Below, piece after piece: positions 49,109-57,683 of a stretch of DNA of 64,000 nucleotides. Each line of letters starts with the position of its first letter. Position 1 is the first letter of the stretch. Origin of the DNA: Candidatus Babeliales bacterium (GTDB lineage: Bacteria > Babelota > Babeliae > Babelales > JANWKD01). The notes under the pieces were generated by a model, which saw nothing but the letters and a program-made list of their open reading frames with translations, searched no databases and had not been told where the DNA came from. A program made the translations under genes and the position numbers. The stretch is from positions 576,001-640,000 of the forward strand of contig OY969622.1 in NCBI GenBank assembly GCA_963701665.1, in the 5' to 3' direction.

Positions 49109-51676
49109 ATGTCATTGGATTTTGCGTCAACACAAGCACTCACACCTTTAATGCAACAGTATTTTGAAATAAAAAATCAGTATGTCGATGCTTTGGTGCT
49201 CTTTCAAGTCGGTGATTTTTATGAACTGTTTTATGATGACGCAAAAAAAGCTGCAGCATGTCTTGCCATTGCGCTCACCGCGCGTGGAAAAAATAATGGC
49301 GAACCAATTCCTTTGTGTGGCGTGCCTGTGCATGCCATTAATCATTATCTAGCTAAATTGGTTTGCGCGGGCTTTAAGGTTGTGCTCTGTAATCAGCTTG
49401 AACCTGCAACGCCAGGAAAAGTTGTCGCACGCGGCGTGACGCAAGTTTTTTCGCCAGGTACGCTGACTGATGCAGCACTTCTCGATGAAAAAAAACCTTC
49501 CTATTTATTTTCTTTTTTTCCCGGAAATACGGCACATGCATTACTTTTTGGCGAATTGCTGACAGCACAATTATGGGCGACCACGATTGCTGCGAATAAT
49601 ACGTATCACGTTGAAACAGAGCTGCAGCGGTTTATGCCCGATGAAGTGTTGCTGCCCTCGATGAAAGAATCGAAAGAATTTGAAGCTTTTTTTAAAAAAT
49701 TAGGATATTACACGACAATCATTACACGCGATGATGAAGCGTATGCGCGCGCTACGCAGTGGATTTCGCCACTGCTTTCAAAAAAAAATGTGAATGGTCA
49801 TCATGACATTCTATATAATGCGCTCGCACAATTTCACTCGTATATAAAAACTTCGCACGCGGCATCGCTCGATCAATTTCAAACACTCGAGTTATATTCA
49901 CCACAAGAATTTTTAAGTATTGATAGTGCAACGCAAAGAAATCTTGAACTGGTAAAAAATATGCATGACGGCACGGTAAAAAATTCGTTATTTCACGTGA
50001 TGGATGGTGCTGTAACGGCGATGGGTTCCAGGACTATAAAAAAATGGATCGCGCGTCCGCTTATTGATCGCGAAGCCATTGTGCAACGTCAAGATGCGGT
50101 GGAACATTTTGTGTATCACGTTAGCTTTTTGCAAAAAATCCGCACGCTTTTACAACGCGTGGGAGATGCCGAGCGCATTATTGGGCGCATCATCGTCATG
50201 CGAGGGACTATTCATGATTATCGTTCGTTACTTTCTATCTTGGAAACATTGCCCTCGTTTGCTGCCGGTTTGTCAGATGCATCATTGCCGCTCTTATTGC
50301 GCATGATTGGTGCTCTGCTGCAACAAGCTGATTCGCTCGCGCACTATTTAGCCCAAGCACTTTCAATTGACAGTACGCAAGAATGGCTTATTGCGCCAAA
50401 GTTTGATGCACAGCTTGATGCGTATCGTTTGCTTGTTGAAAAAAGTACCCAGGTATTACTTGAATTTGAAAAACGTGAACAAGAGAAAACAAGAATCTCT
50501 TCACTCAAAGTTCGGTTTAATTCTGTGCATGGCTATTATATTGAAATTACGCATGCGAACGCTCATTTAGTTCCTACTGATTATATGCGCACACAAACGC
50601 TCGTTGGCAAAGAACGATACACAACACTCGAATTGAAAAAACTTGAAATCCAGGTGAATGAAGCGCGTGCCAACATTGATCAATTAGAAAAGAATATTTT
50701 CGCGCGTCTCAAAGCAGAAGTGCACGCGCATGCACCCACACTGCGTCGCATTGCGCGCGCGTTATCGCAGCTTGATGCATTATTTGGTTTGGCATATATC
50801 AGTTATGCACATGGTTTTATACGGCCGACTTTTAATGACACGGCGAATGTGAGCATCAAACAAGGTAAACATCCGGTGGTAAGTGCGCACGTGAAGACAC
50901 ATTTTATTCCTAATGATACGGCGCTTGATGATGAACACTCTCTGTGGATTATTACTGGTCCTAACATGGGTGGCAAATCAACCTACTTACGGCAGGTAGC
51001 ATTAATTAGCGTTATGGCACAATGTGGCTCATTCGTTCCCGCTGCTCATGCGGAGTTGCCGATTTTTGATAAAATTTTTTCACGCATAGGCGCAGGCGAT
51101 AATGTTGCTGCAGGAAAAAGTACCTTCTTAATGGAAATGGAAGAAACTGCATTTATCTGTGCACACGCAACGAACAAAAGTCTTGTAATTTTTGATGAAA
51201 TTGGGCGAGGGACGAGTACCTTTGATGGGCTTGCACTCGCGCAGGCTGTCCTTGAATATGTGCATACGGTGATACGCGCGCGGTGCCTTTTTGCAACCCA
51301 TTATCATGAATTAACGGCGTTGGCACATCAGTTGAAGGGTATTGTATGTTACCATGCTGCAAGTAAAAAAACGGCAACAGGTATCTCATTGCTTTATTCA
51401 ATTTTGCCAGGTTCTGCTGATGGCAGTTTTGGCATTGAAGTGGCAAAAATTGCTCACGTACCTGATATGATTATTCAGCGTGCGCAAGAACTTGTAACGC
51501 AATTAGGCATGCACGTGCCTACTGCATCGAGGGAACATGAAGCGAGTGCCGTAAAAGTGGATGCGCGTGCATCTGAGCTTTGCGCACTCGTTGAAAAAAT
51601 AGATTATAATAATTTGTCGCCTAAACACGCGTTTGATATTCTGTGGGCGATGAAAGAAATGGTTGAAAAAAAATGA
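49109..51676 (+). CDS. mutS: DNA mismatch repair protein MutS
   Basis: TPLMQQY, GDFYELF, GPNMGGKSTYLRQ, STFLMEM, DEIGRGTS, FATHYHEL. Confidence 0.97.
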   Translation: MSLDFASTQALTPLMQQYFEIKNQYVDALVLFQVGDFYELFYDDAKKAAACLAIALTARGKNNGEPIPLCGVPVHAINHYLAKLVCAGFKVVLCNQLEPATPGKVVARGVTQVFSPGTLTDAALLDEKKPSYLFSFFPGNTAHALLFGELLTAQLWATTIAANNTYHVETELQRFMPDEVLLPSMKESKEFEAFFKKLGYYTTIITRDDEAYARATQWISPLLSKKNVNGHHDILYNALAQFHSYIKTSHAASLDQFQTLELYSPQEFLSIDSATQRNLELVKNMHDGTVKNSLFHVMDGAVTAMGSRTIKKWIARPLIDREAIVQRQDAVEHFVYHVSFLQKIRTLLQRVGDAERIIGRIIVMRGTIHDYRSLLSILETLPSFAAGLSDASLPLLLRMIGALLQQADSLAHYLAQALSIDSTQEWLIAPKFDAQLDAYRLLVEKSTQVLLEFEKREQEKTRISSLKVRFNSVHGYYIEITHANAHLVPTDYMRTQTLVGKERYTTLELKKLEIQVNEARANIDQLEKNIFARLKAEVHAHAPTLRRIARALSQLDALFGLAYISYAHGFIRPTFNDTANVSIKQGKHPVVSAHVKTHFIPNDTALDDEHSLWIITGPNMGGKSTYLRQVALISVMAQCGSFVPAAHAELPIFDKIFSRIGAGDNVAAGKSTFLMEMEETAFICAHATNKSLVIFDEIGRGTSTFDGLALAQAVLEYVHTVIRARCLFATHYHELTALAHQLKGIVCYHAASKKTATGISLLYSILPGSADGSFGIEVAKIAHVPDMIIQRAQELVTQLGMHVPTASREHEASAVKVDARASELCALVEKIDYNNLSPKHAFDILWAMKEMVEKK

Positions 51677-51703
51677 AGAGCGAAGGTTACTTCGCTCTTT
51701 CAT
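51673..51703. terminator. Hairpin/terminator after mutS, related to the hairpins between the paralog-array genes
   Basis: GAGCGAAG-gtta-CTTCGCTC; homologous hairpins at about 52578-52610 and 53419-53451. Confidence 0.6.
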
Positions 51704-51716
51704 CAATGTTTCTTGC

Positions 51717-52499
51717 TTATGAATTTACTGGGTATAGGGGTAATGCTGGCGTAGTTTGGGTTGGATTTTGCTCTCTGGGTGTATTTACTGGAATTTGCAG
51801 GTTATATTTGTAAATAATTAATTGACCCAGCGCATACGATATAAATTGTTGCTTTTTACTAGGTTCTGTTGGAGTTATAACGCCACCAACACCAATTTGT
51901 GCGGGAATATCAGTTAAAAGCAAGTCTGATTTAACCCATGAATGTGCTTGTTCTATAAAATCGCCGGCGTCTGAAATAAATTTGAAAGTTTTTCCAACAA
52001 TACCTTCATCAAAGCCTAAACCTTGACCTCTTTTAATACCTGCATACGTTTGGCCATTGTATAACCATGTTAACAATGTAATAAGCTTATCAACATCGTT
52101 TGAAGTTAAACGAACGATATTATTTACTGAAGGAATTCCTGCAAGTATATTTTCTAATTGTTGCACGGCTATCGTGTGAAGGCTCTTTAAACGAACGATC
52201 GCAATTTGCGCGTTCTGCAACTTAATGAGTGATGCAGATTTAATAGATTTTTCGATTTTGTCTAAGGCATCAATATAGGGTTGGTCACTGACTCCTTTTT
52301 GTGGCCCAGGAACCGGCTTCTGTTTAAAGATATCCCTTATAATTTTTTCTATATCAAGGGGCTTGTTTGGATTGCTGATAGGAGATGTTGGGATCTTATC
52401 AACGGTATAATTTGTAGGCGCTTCACCACCCTGAGCAAAAAGTGAATTTGCCATACAGAATGCCATTATGGCAGTTAAAGCTAGTAATTGATTCTTCAT
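51717..52499 (-). CDS. Secreted paralog family member 4
   Basis: Signal peptide; shared IKSASL..L and DVDKL..LL..LYNG...VG..F.FI..AG core. Confidence 0.8.
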   Translation of the reverse strand: MKNQLLALTAIMAFCMANSLFAQGGEAPTNYTVDKIPTSPISNPNKPLDIEKIIRDIFKQKPVPGPQKGVSDQPYIDALDKIEKSIKSASLIKLQNAQIAIVRLKSLHTIAVQQLENILAGIPSVNNIVRLTSNDVDKLITLLTWLYNGQTYAGIKRGQGLGFDEGIVGKTFKFISDAGDFIEQAHSWVKSDLLLTDIPAQIGVGGVITPTEPSKKQQFISYALGQLIIYKYNLQIPVNTPREQNPTQTTPALPLYPVNS

Positions 52500-52637
52500 T
52501 ATAAATCCTTTTTTTTCTTAAATTTAAATACAAAATAATTTTTTTTTCAAATAAGCATATGTTCAACGGTAGAAAGAATGAAGAGAGCGAGGGTTGGCTC
52601 GCTCTTTCATAAGAATACCGATTGATGGAGGAATATT

Positions 52638-53354
52638 TTATTTTCTTTGTGCGGCAGCTTTTGCTCTATCTTTAGCTTCTTGCATTTTTTTCTGTGCTGT
52701 CTTTTCTGAAATTGTTGGAAGATTGTTTTTGTAAATCTCTAACTTACCAATAGCAAATGCTATAAAGTGTTTCATTTTCTCTTCAGATGGCATTAAAACA
52801 CCACCACCGTGAGCAGCAATACCATCAGCTGGTAATAATGGTTTCAAGTGAGTGTGTAAGCTTTGCATAATATTTCCAGCGTTAGCGATGAATACAAAAA
52901 GTTTACCAACTTTACTTGTGTCTAATCCGGCAAGACTATAAAGAAGTGCATTAGCAGTTTCACCATTATATAATCTTGTTAATAATTTAGTAAGTTGATC
53001 AACTTCTCTGTCATCTAATTGAGCTTTATCAATTTGAGCATCTAATTGATTCATTGTACCCATAAATGATTCTTTTAATGTTGATCCTGCGATTGCTTCA
53101 TTCTTGAGGTTGGTTAATGACGCAGATTTGATACCACTTACAATTTTCTCAATATCACCAGCATTTACAGGCGGATTATAAACACCTGTTTTTCCTGGGA
53201 TAAGGGTTTGATTCCAAATTTGTTTAACATCTTGTGTAAGTTGCTTAGCTTCAAGAAGTTTGTTTGAGTCAAGTGGCTGTAAATTGAGCATAGCAACTGA
53301 GTTCGATGCAAATAATGCTAATAAAGCGGTTAAAACTAATAATTGTTTTTTCAT
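52638..53354 (-). CDS. Secreted paralog family member 3
   Basis: AAAGGA RBS before MKKQLL; first 70 aa identical to 53463..54263. Confidence 0.82.
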   Translation of the reverse strand: MKKQLLVLTALLALFASNSVAMLNLQPLDSNKLLEAKQLTQDVKQIWNQTLIPGKTGVYNPPVNAGDIEKIVSGIKSASLTNLKNEAIAGSTLKESFMGTMNQLDAQIDKAQLDDREVDQLTKLLTRLYNGETANALLYSLAGLDTSKVGKLFVFIANAGNIMQSLHTHLKPLLPADGIAAHGGGVLMPSEEKMKHFIAFAIGKLEIYKNNLPTISEKTAQKKMQEAKDRAKAAAQRK

Positions 53355-53462
53355 AGTAAATCCTTTTTTAATATACAGAATAAATTTTTTAAATAAGCAT
53401 ATGTTCAATGCTAGAAAGAATGAGGAGCGAAGGATTACCTCGCTCCTCATTAAGAAATACTG

Positions 53463-54263
53463 TTATTGATGAATAGTTTCTCCTGCAGCAGCTTTTGCTT
53501 TGTCTTTAGCTGCTTGCATTTCTTTCATTTGATCGATCATTGACTTTTCTGAAGCGGGCAGTTCGCTTTGTGCCTTTTCATAAGCCTTAGGTAAGCCTTT
53601 GTAAATAATTAATTTACCAATTACATAGGCAATATACTGTTGCATTTTGTTTTCCAAGGGGAAGGCGCGGGATGTTGGGGTCATAACGCCACCACCGTGA
53701 GCAGCAATACCATCAGCTGGTAATAATGGTTCTAAGTGAGTATGTAAGGTTTGAATAACGTTTGCACTATTAGCAATGAATGCAAAAAGTCTACCAACGG
53801 GACCTTCTTTAAATCCGGGCAATGGCTTGCCTCCTGGCATTGGATTGTTCATGATTGTATTAGCGCTATCGCCAAAATATAATCTTGTTAATGCAGCAGT
53901 AAGTAGATCAACTTCTTTTGCATTTAAATTCGCTTTGTCAATTTGAGCATCTAATTGATCAATGGTAGACATATATAATTCTTTTAATGTTGATGACGCT
54001 ATTGCCTCGTTCTTCAGGTTGATTAATGACGCAGATTTGATACCACTTACAAATTTCTCAATATCACCAGCATTTACAGGCGGATTATAAACACCTGTTT
54101 TTCCTGGGATAAGGGTTTGATTCCAAATTTGTTTAACATCTTGTGTAAGTTGCTTAGCTTCAAGAAGTTTGTTTGAGTCAAGTGGCTGTAAATTGAGCAT
54201 AGCAACTGAGTTCGATGCAAATAATGCTAATAAAGCGGTTAAAACTAATAATTGTTTCTTCAT
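53463..54263 (-). CDS. Secreted paralog family member 2
   Basis: MKKQLLVLTALLALFASNSVA|M; shared core. Confidence 0.82.
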   Translation of the reverse strand: MKKQLLVLTALLALFASNSVAMLNLQPLDSNKLLEAKQLTQDVKQIWNQTLIPGKTGVYNPPVNAGDIEKFVSGIKSASLINLKNEAIASSTLKELYMSTIDQLDAQIDKANLNAKEVDLLTAALTRLYFGDSANTIMNNPMPGGKPLPGFKEGPVGRLFAFIANSANVIQTLHTHLEPLLPADGIAAHGGGVMTPTSRAFPLENKMQQYIAYVIGKLIIYKGLPKAYEKAQSELPASEKSMIDQMKEMQAAKDKAKAAAGETIHQ

Positions 54264-54419
54264 AGTAAATCCTTTCTAATACATAAAATTTTTAATGGGC
54301 TATGAAACCCACAAAATAACGTTAAAAACAGCGTTTTTTGTCTATTAAGGGCAGAGTAGGCATTTTTTGGATAACCAAAGCAATCCAGTATCCCTATAAA
54401 TCCTTCTTTAGAGGGCTTA

Positions 54420-55035
54420 TAGTTATTATAAGGATAACTTAAAAAAGACCGTATTTTCAAGGGTTTTTAGGGATTTGCCCCCTATCATAAACAATACTAT
54501 GAAGGCAAGGTTTATTTCTGTTTTTGTTGGATAAATGGGGGTTTTTGAAGGGATTTCTTAGCGTTATTTTTATAGGACGCTAATGTATCAATTGCATGCT
54601 TTATAACATCTTTTTTAGGATTATCGTTAATGACACGAGGTTGTAAACTATAATTTCCTGCGGCAGCAATTAATGTAAAAAGTATGCCAACGTTACTTTC
54701 TCTGAACCCGAAGCTTTGCTTGTTAATAATAGATGAGTAGCTTGCACCGTTATATAACATTTTTAACACTTCGGTAAGCTTATCAATTTCATTTGAATTT
54801 AACATAGCGTGGCTAATTGCATTATCCATTTGCTCAGTAGCTTGAGCAACCACTGAATTAGCTGCAAATAATGTTAATAAAACAAGTAAGCCCAAGAGTA
54901 GTCTTTTCATGGTGAATCCTTTTTCTAAATAATTATTTATTCAAATTGAATTTTAGGGTTTTTGTTTTTATTATAAGGATAGCTGAAAAAGAGCCCTATT
55001 TTCAAGGGTTTTAGGGATTTATACCTACCATAAAA
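54420..55035 (-). repeat. Duplicated upstream/promoter block (about 54420-54490 and 54968-55035) for paralog-array genes
   Basis: Both copies read TTGAAA-N18-TATCCT on the minus strand, with conserved flanks. Confidence 0.55.
54512..54910 (-). CDS. Secreted paralog family member 1 (short, core domain only)
   Basis: Signal peptide; LNSNEIDKLTEVLKMLYNG...VGILFTLIAAAGN matches the family core. Confidence 0.75.
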   Translation of the reverse strand: MKRLLLGLLVLLTLFAANSVVAQATEQMDNAISHAMLNSNEIDKLTEVLKMLYNGASYSSIINKQSFGFRESNVGILFTLIAAAGNYSLQPRVINDNPKKDVIKHAIDTLASYKNNAKKSLQKPPFIQQKQK

Positions 55036-55150
55036 CCCAGCCTATAAGGGCAATGGATAGAGAGGGGTGATTTTATGGGCCTCCAGGCTTATTTTAAAAA
55101 GAAAAAGGGCCGCCCTTAAGGCGACCCCTTATTAGATTGTTATGGTAGGC

Positions 55151-55636
55151 TTATTCATCTTGAAACACAGAATTGTGTAACTCTTGATTGGTGTTGTTAC
55201 AATCTTTTGTGCAAACCGAGAAAAATGGTGACATATGATGCGGTGTTCCAGTGTTGCGAAGGAAACTATGTGCCGCGCTATTTATACCAAGAGCGCCTAA
55301 TGCTGTTGAAATATAGGGTAGAATACCTAATCCTTTATGATTTTGGGTTAATCGTTTAAACATAGAAAAACCGCAAATATTAACAAAGGCTGAAGAAAGG
55401 AAAGGGTGAGAATAACAGAATTGTGCAAATGCAGTTTTGCCAGGGTGTTTATCCGCATATGACTGCTGAAAAGATATATTTCTTATTGTACGATTCAATA
55501 CCTTACCTGCAGAGGTGGTCGCTTGATAGCAACTGTCCTTTAATTCTTGCCAAGATTCAGGTAATTTACCCTGTAAAGCAGAGAAGCTCATGGTGAAAAA
55601 TAAACTGCTTATAATTATTTTTTTTGCTATAGCCAT
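55151..55636 (-). CDS. Hypothetical exported/membrane protein
   Basis: GGAGG RBS, signal peptide, two hydrophobic segments; downstream hairpin at about 55104-55130. Confidence 0.65.
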   Translation of the reverse strand: MAIAKKIIISSLFFTMSFSALQGKLPESWQELKDSCYQATTSAGKVLNRTIRNISFQQSYADKHPGKTAFAQFCYSHPFLSSAFVNICGFSMFKRLTQNHKGLGILPYISTALGALGINSAAHSFLRNTGTPHHMSPFFSVCTKDCNNTNQELHNSVFQDE

Positions 55637-56002
55637 ACATCCTCCATTGATTATTGCTATTTTAAAATAAGTGATTCAAGAATAAGGTATCATTTTTGAC
55701 TAATAGTGTCAAATTGGCATAAATAATAAGATTATATAAAAGTATATATATTTCTATAAGAATTTTTCAGGGATAGACATGACACCTGTTAGACTCTGGC
55801 TTTTTTGAATATATATCTGGTATAATTATTACAAATAGAATGATTTTTAAGTTTCTTATATCTTAAAGGATTGTTATGAAAACTATAAAAACAATTGCTT
55901 TTACCATGCTACTTTCTGCTATAAGCAGTAATGTATATTGTGCTGCTTATACTGTTACTAATAATGCAAATGAGCCTATAAAAATGTATTTTTTCATATT
56001 AA

Positions 56003-56966
56003 GAGCCTATCTGAAAACTCTAAGTACTTGAAAAAATAAATAAAAAAAATAAAATCCCTCTTGAAGTTATCACACAAACAAAAAGGGATTTTTTCATATG
56101 AAGCATTTAAATTACAAAGAAATGATACCATCAAAATATGTCATAATTTAAATTACAAAGAAATGATACCATCAAAATATGTCATATCTGACGAACTTTT
56201 ACAAGAATTTCATAACGTTATATCAACAAATATTCCACCAAGTAAAATAGGCCGGCCACGTTCTGATGATGGCCCATTAATTGCTGGGATATATTATTTG
56301 CTTAGAACAGGATGCCAATGGGATGCGCTTCCCAAGTGCTTTGGCCCCGCAAAGACTGTTTATCATAGATTTAGAGAATTGGTCAAAGCTAATGCTTTTC
56401 AAAAAATTTGGAAATCGGTTTTAACGCACTATGATCGAACCAAAGGACTTTGTCTTGAAAATCAATCTATGGATTCATGTCATAAAAAGGCTCCGCTTGG
56501 AGGAGATAAAACAGGGATCAGCCCGGTTGATAGAAGAAAATTAGGTTCAAAATTAAATCTTGTTGTAGAAGAATATGGACTACCTCTTGGTGCTACACTT
56601 GCAAGTGGAAATCGACATGACACGCAATTATTTGTTTCCCTTGTCGATAATTTACAGCATCAAATTCCACAATCAAGAAATCATTATCTTCGAACCGATA
56701 AGGGCTTTGTTTCTAAAAAAAATAAGGCAGAAGCTATTAAAAGAAACTTCACGCCTATCATGCCATTAAAAAAACCAAAAAATAAACCTCGAGTTACGCA
56801 AAAAAAAGATCCAATACGATGGGTCGTTGAAAGAACATTTTCTTGGATGAATCGATTCAGGCGTGTTTTTATTCGTTATGACAAGCTATCTAAAAATTTT
56901 CTTGGATTAGTTCAATTCGCTTGTCTAGTCATTGTTTTCAGAAAAATTTAGTTTTCAGACAGGCTC
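56003..56966 (+). mobile_element. IS5-family insertion sequence (IS1031-like), 964 bp
   Basis: 16-bp TIRs GAGCCTATCTGAAAAC / GTTTTCAGACAGGCTC (1 mismatch); TAA target duplication at 56000-56002 and 56967-56969. Confidence 0.93.
56098..56951 (+). CDS. IS5-family DDE transposase; native start frameshifted by a 41-bp tandem duplication (in-frame restart ATG 56163)
   Basis: GRPR, LRTGCQWDALP, TVYHRF, MDS, TDKGF, RWVVERTFSW..RFRR...RYDK. Confidence 0.9.
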
Positions 56967-57264
56967 TAAGTGTAAATTCGTTAGGATTTGTTACTGGAAC
57001 AAGTACTGTGAGTGCTGAAGTTCAACCTGGAGAAACTACTAACAAAGGTTTAAATGTAGGCGGAGGGAAATATGTCGACTTTGTTTATCTTGCAAAGCCA
57101 AATGGACAAAATCTTGAACAGATAGCTTATAAACCTGGGATGTATATTGGTGATAATAAATTCTGGCCACGCTTTAAGCCTAGCAATGGTGATTATACAT
57201 TTGTTCTTACTAAGAATGATGGCAAATGGAGCATCGAAACCCGTCGTTCTAAATAAGGATTGTT

Positions 57265-57681
57265 ATGAAAACTATAAAAATAATTGCTTTTACCGTACTA
57301 TTTTCTGCTATAAGCGGTAATGTATATTGTGCTTTATATACTGTGACTAATAATGGAACAGAAGCTGTGACAGTAAATCTTGATATAGTAAGTAAAGCTG
57401 GGTTTGGAACTATTCGACATGAAAAACCCTTAACTGTGGGACTTAATCCGGGAGATTCTACCAAGTTAAATGCATATGGAGGGAAATATTGCTACTCGAT
57501 TTCCCTTACAAAATCTGGTGAAAAAAATCTTTTGCCCTTAAATGTTAAGAGTATTGGATCAGGTGGGACTCTTAAAGATAATATATTATTTCCAAAATTT
57601 AGCCCTACTAATGCTGATTTTACAATTATTCTTACCAATAAGAAGAGCTCGTGGACTATTGAAACCCATCGTTCTAAATAG
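57265..57681 (+). CDS. Secreted beta-rich hypothetical protein
   Basis: AAGGA RBS, signal peptide; paralog of the IS-interrupted gene. Confidence 0.8.
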   Translation: MKTIKIIAFTVLFSAISGNVYCALYTVTNNGTEAVTVNLDIVSKAGFGTIRHEKPLTVGLNPGDSTKLNAYGGKYCYSISLTKSGEKNLLPLNVKSIGSGGTLKDNILFPKFSPTNADFTIILTNKKSSWTIETHRSK

Positions 57682-57683
57682 AT

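Larger units (their letters stand above)
55876..57256 (+). pseudogene. Secreted beta-rich protein gene interrupted by an IS5-family element (paralog of 57265..57681)
   Basis: Joining 55876-56002 to 56970-57256 gives an intact in-frame ORF MKTIKTIAF...YFFIL|SVNSLGF...WSIETRRSK*. Confidence 0.9.

Noticed and set aside
52638..54263. Diversity-generating retroelement template/variable repeat pair
   Set aside because: No reverse transcriptase in the window, and the differences are block-wise with indels rather than adenine-specific.
56061..56097. TTG start at 56061 for a 296-aa transposase
   Set aside because: The extension is in frame only because of the 41-bp duplication; the RBS-supported start is ATG 56098.
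56921..57256. Independent 111-aa gene
   Set aside because: It is the 3' half of the IS-interrupted gene, read through from the IS end.
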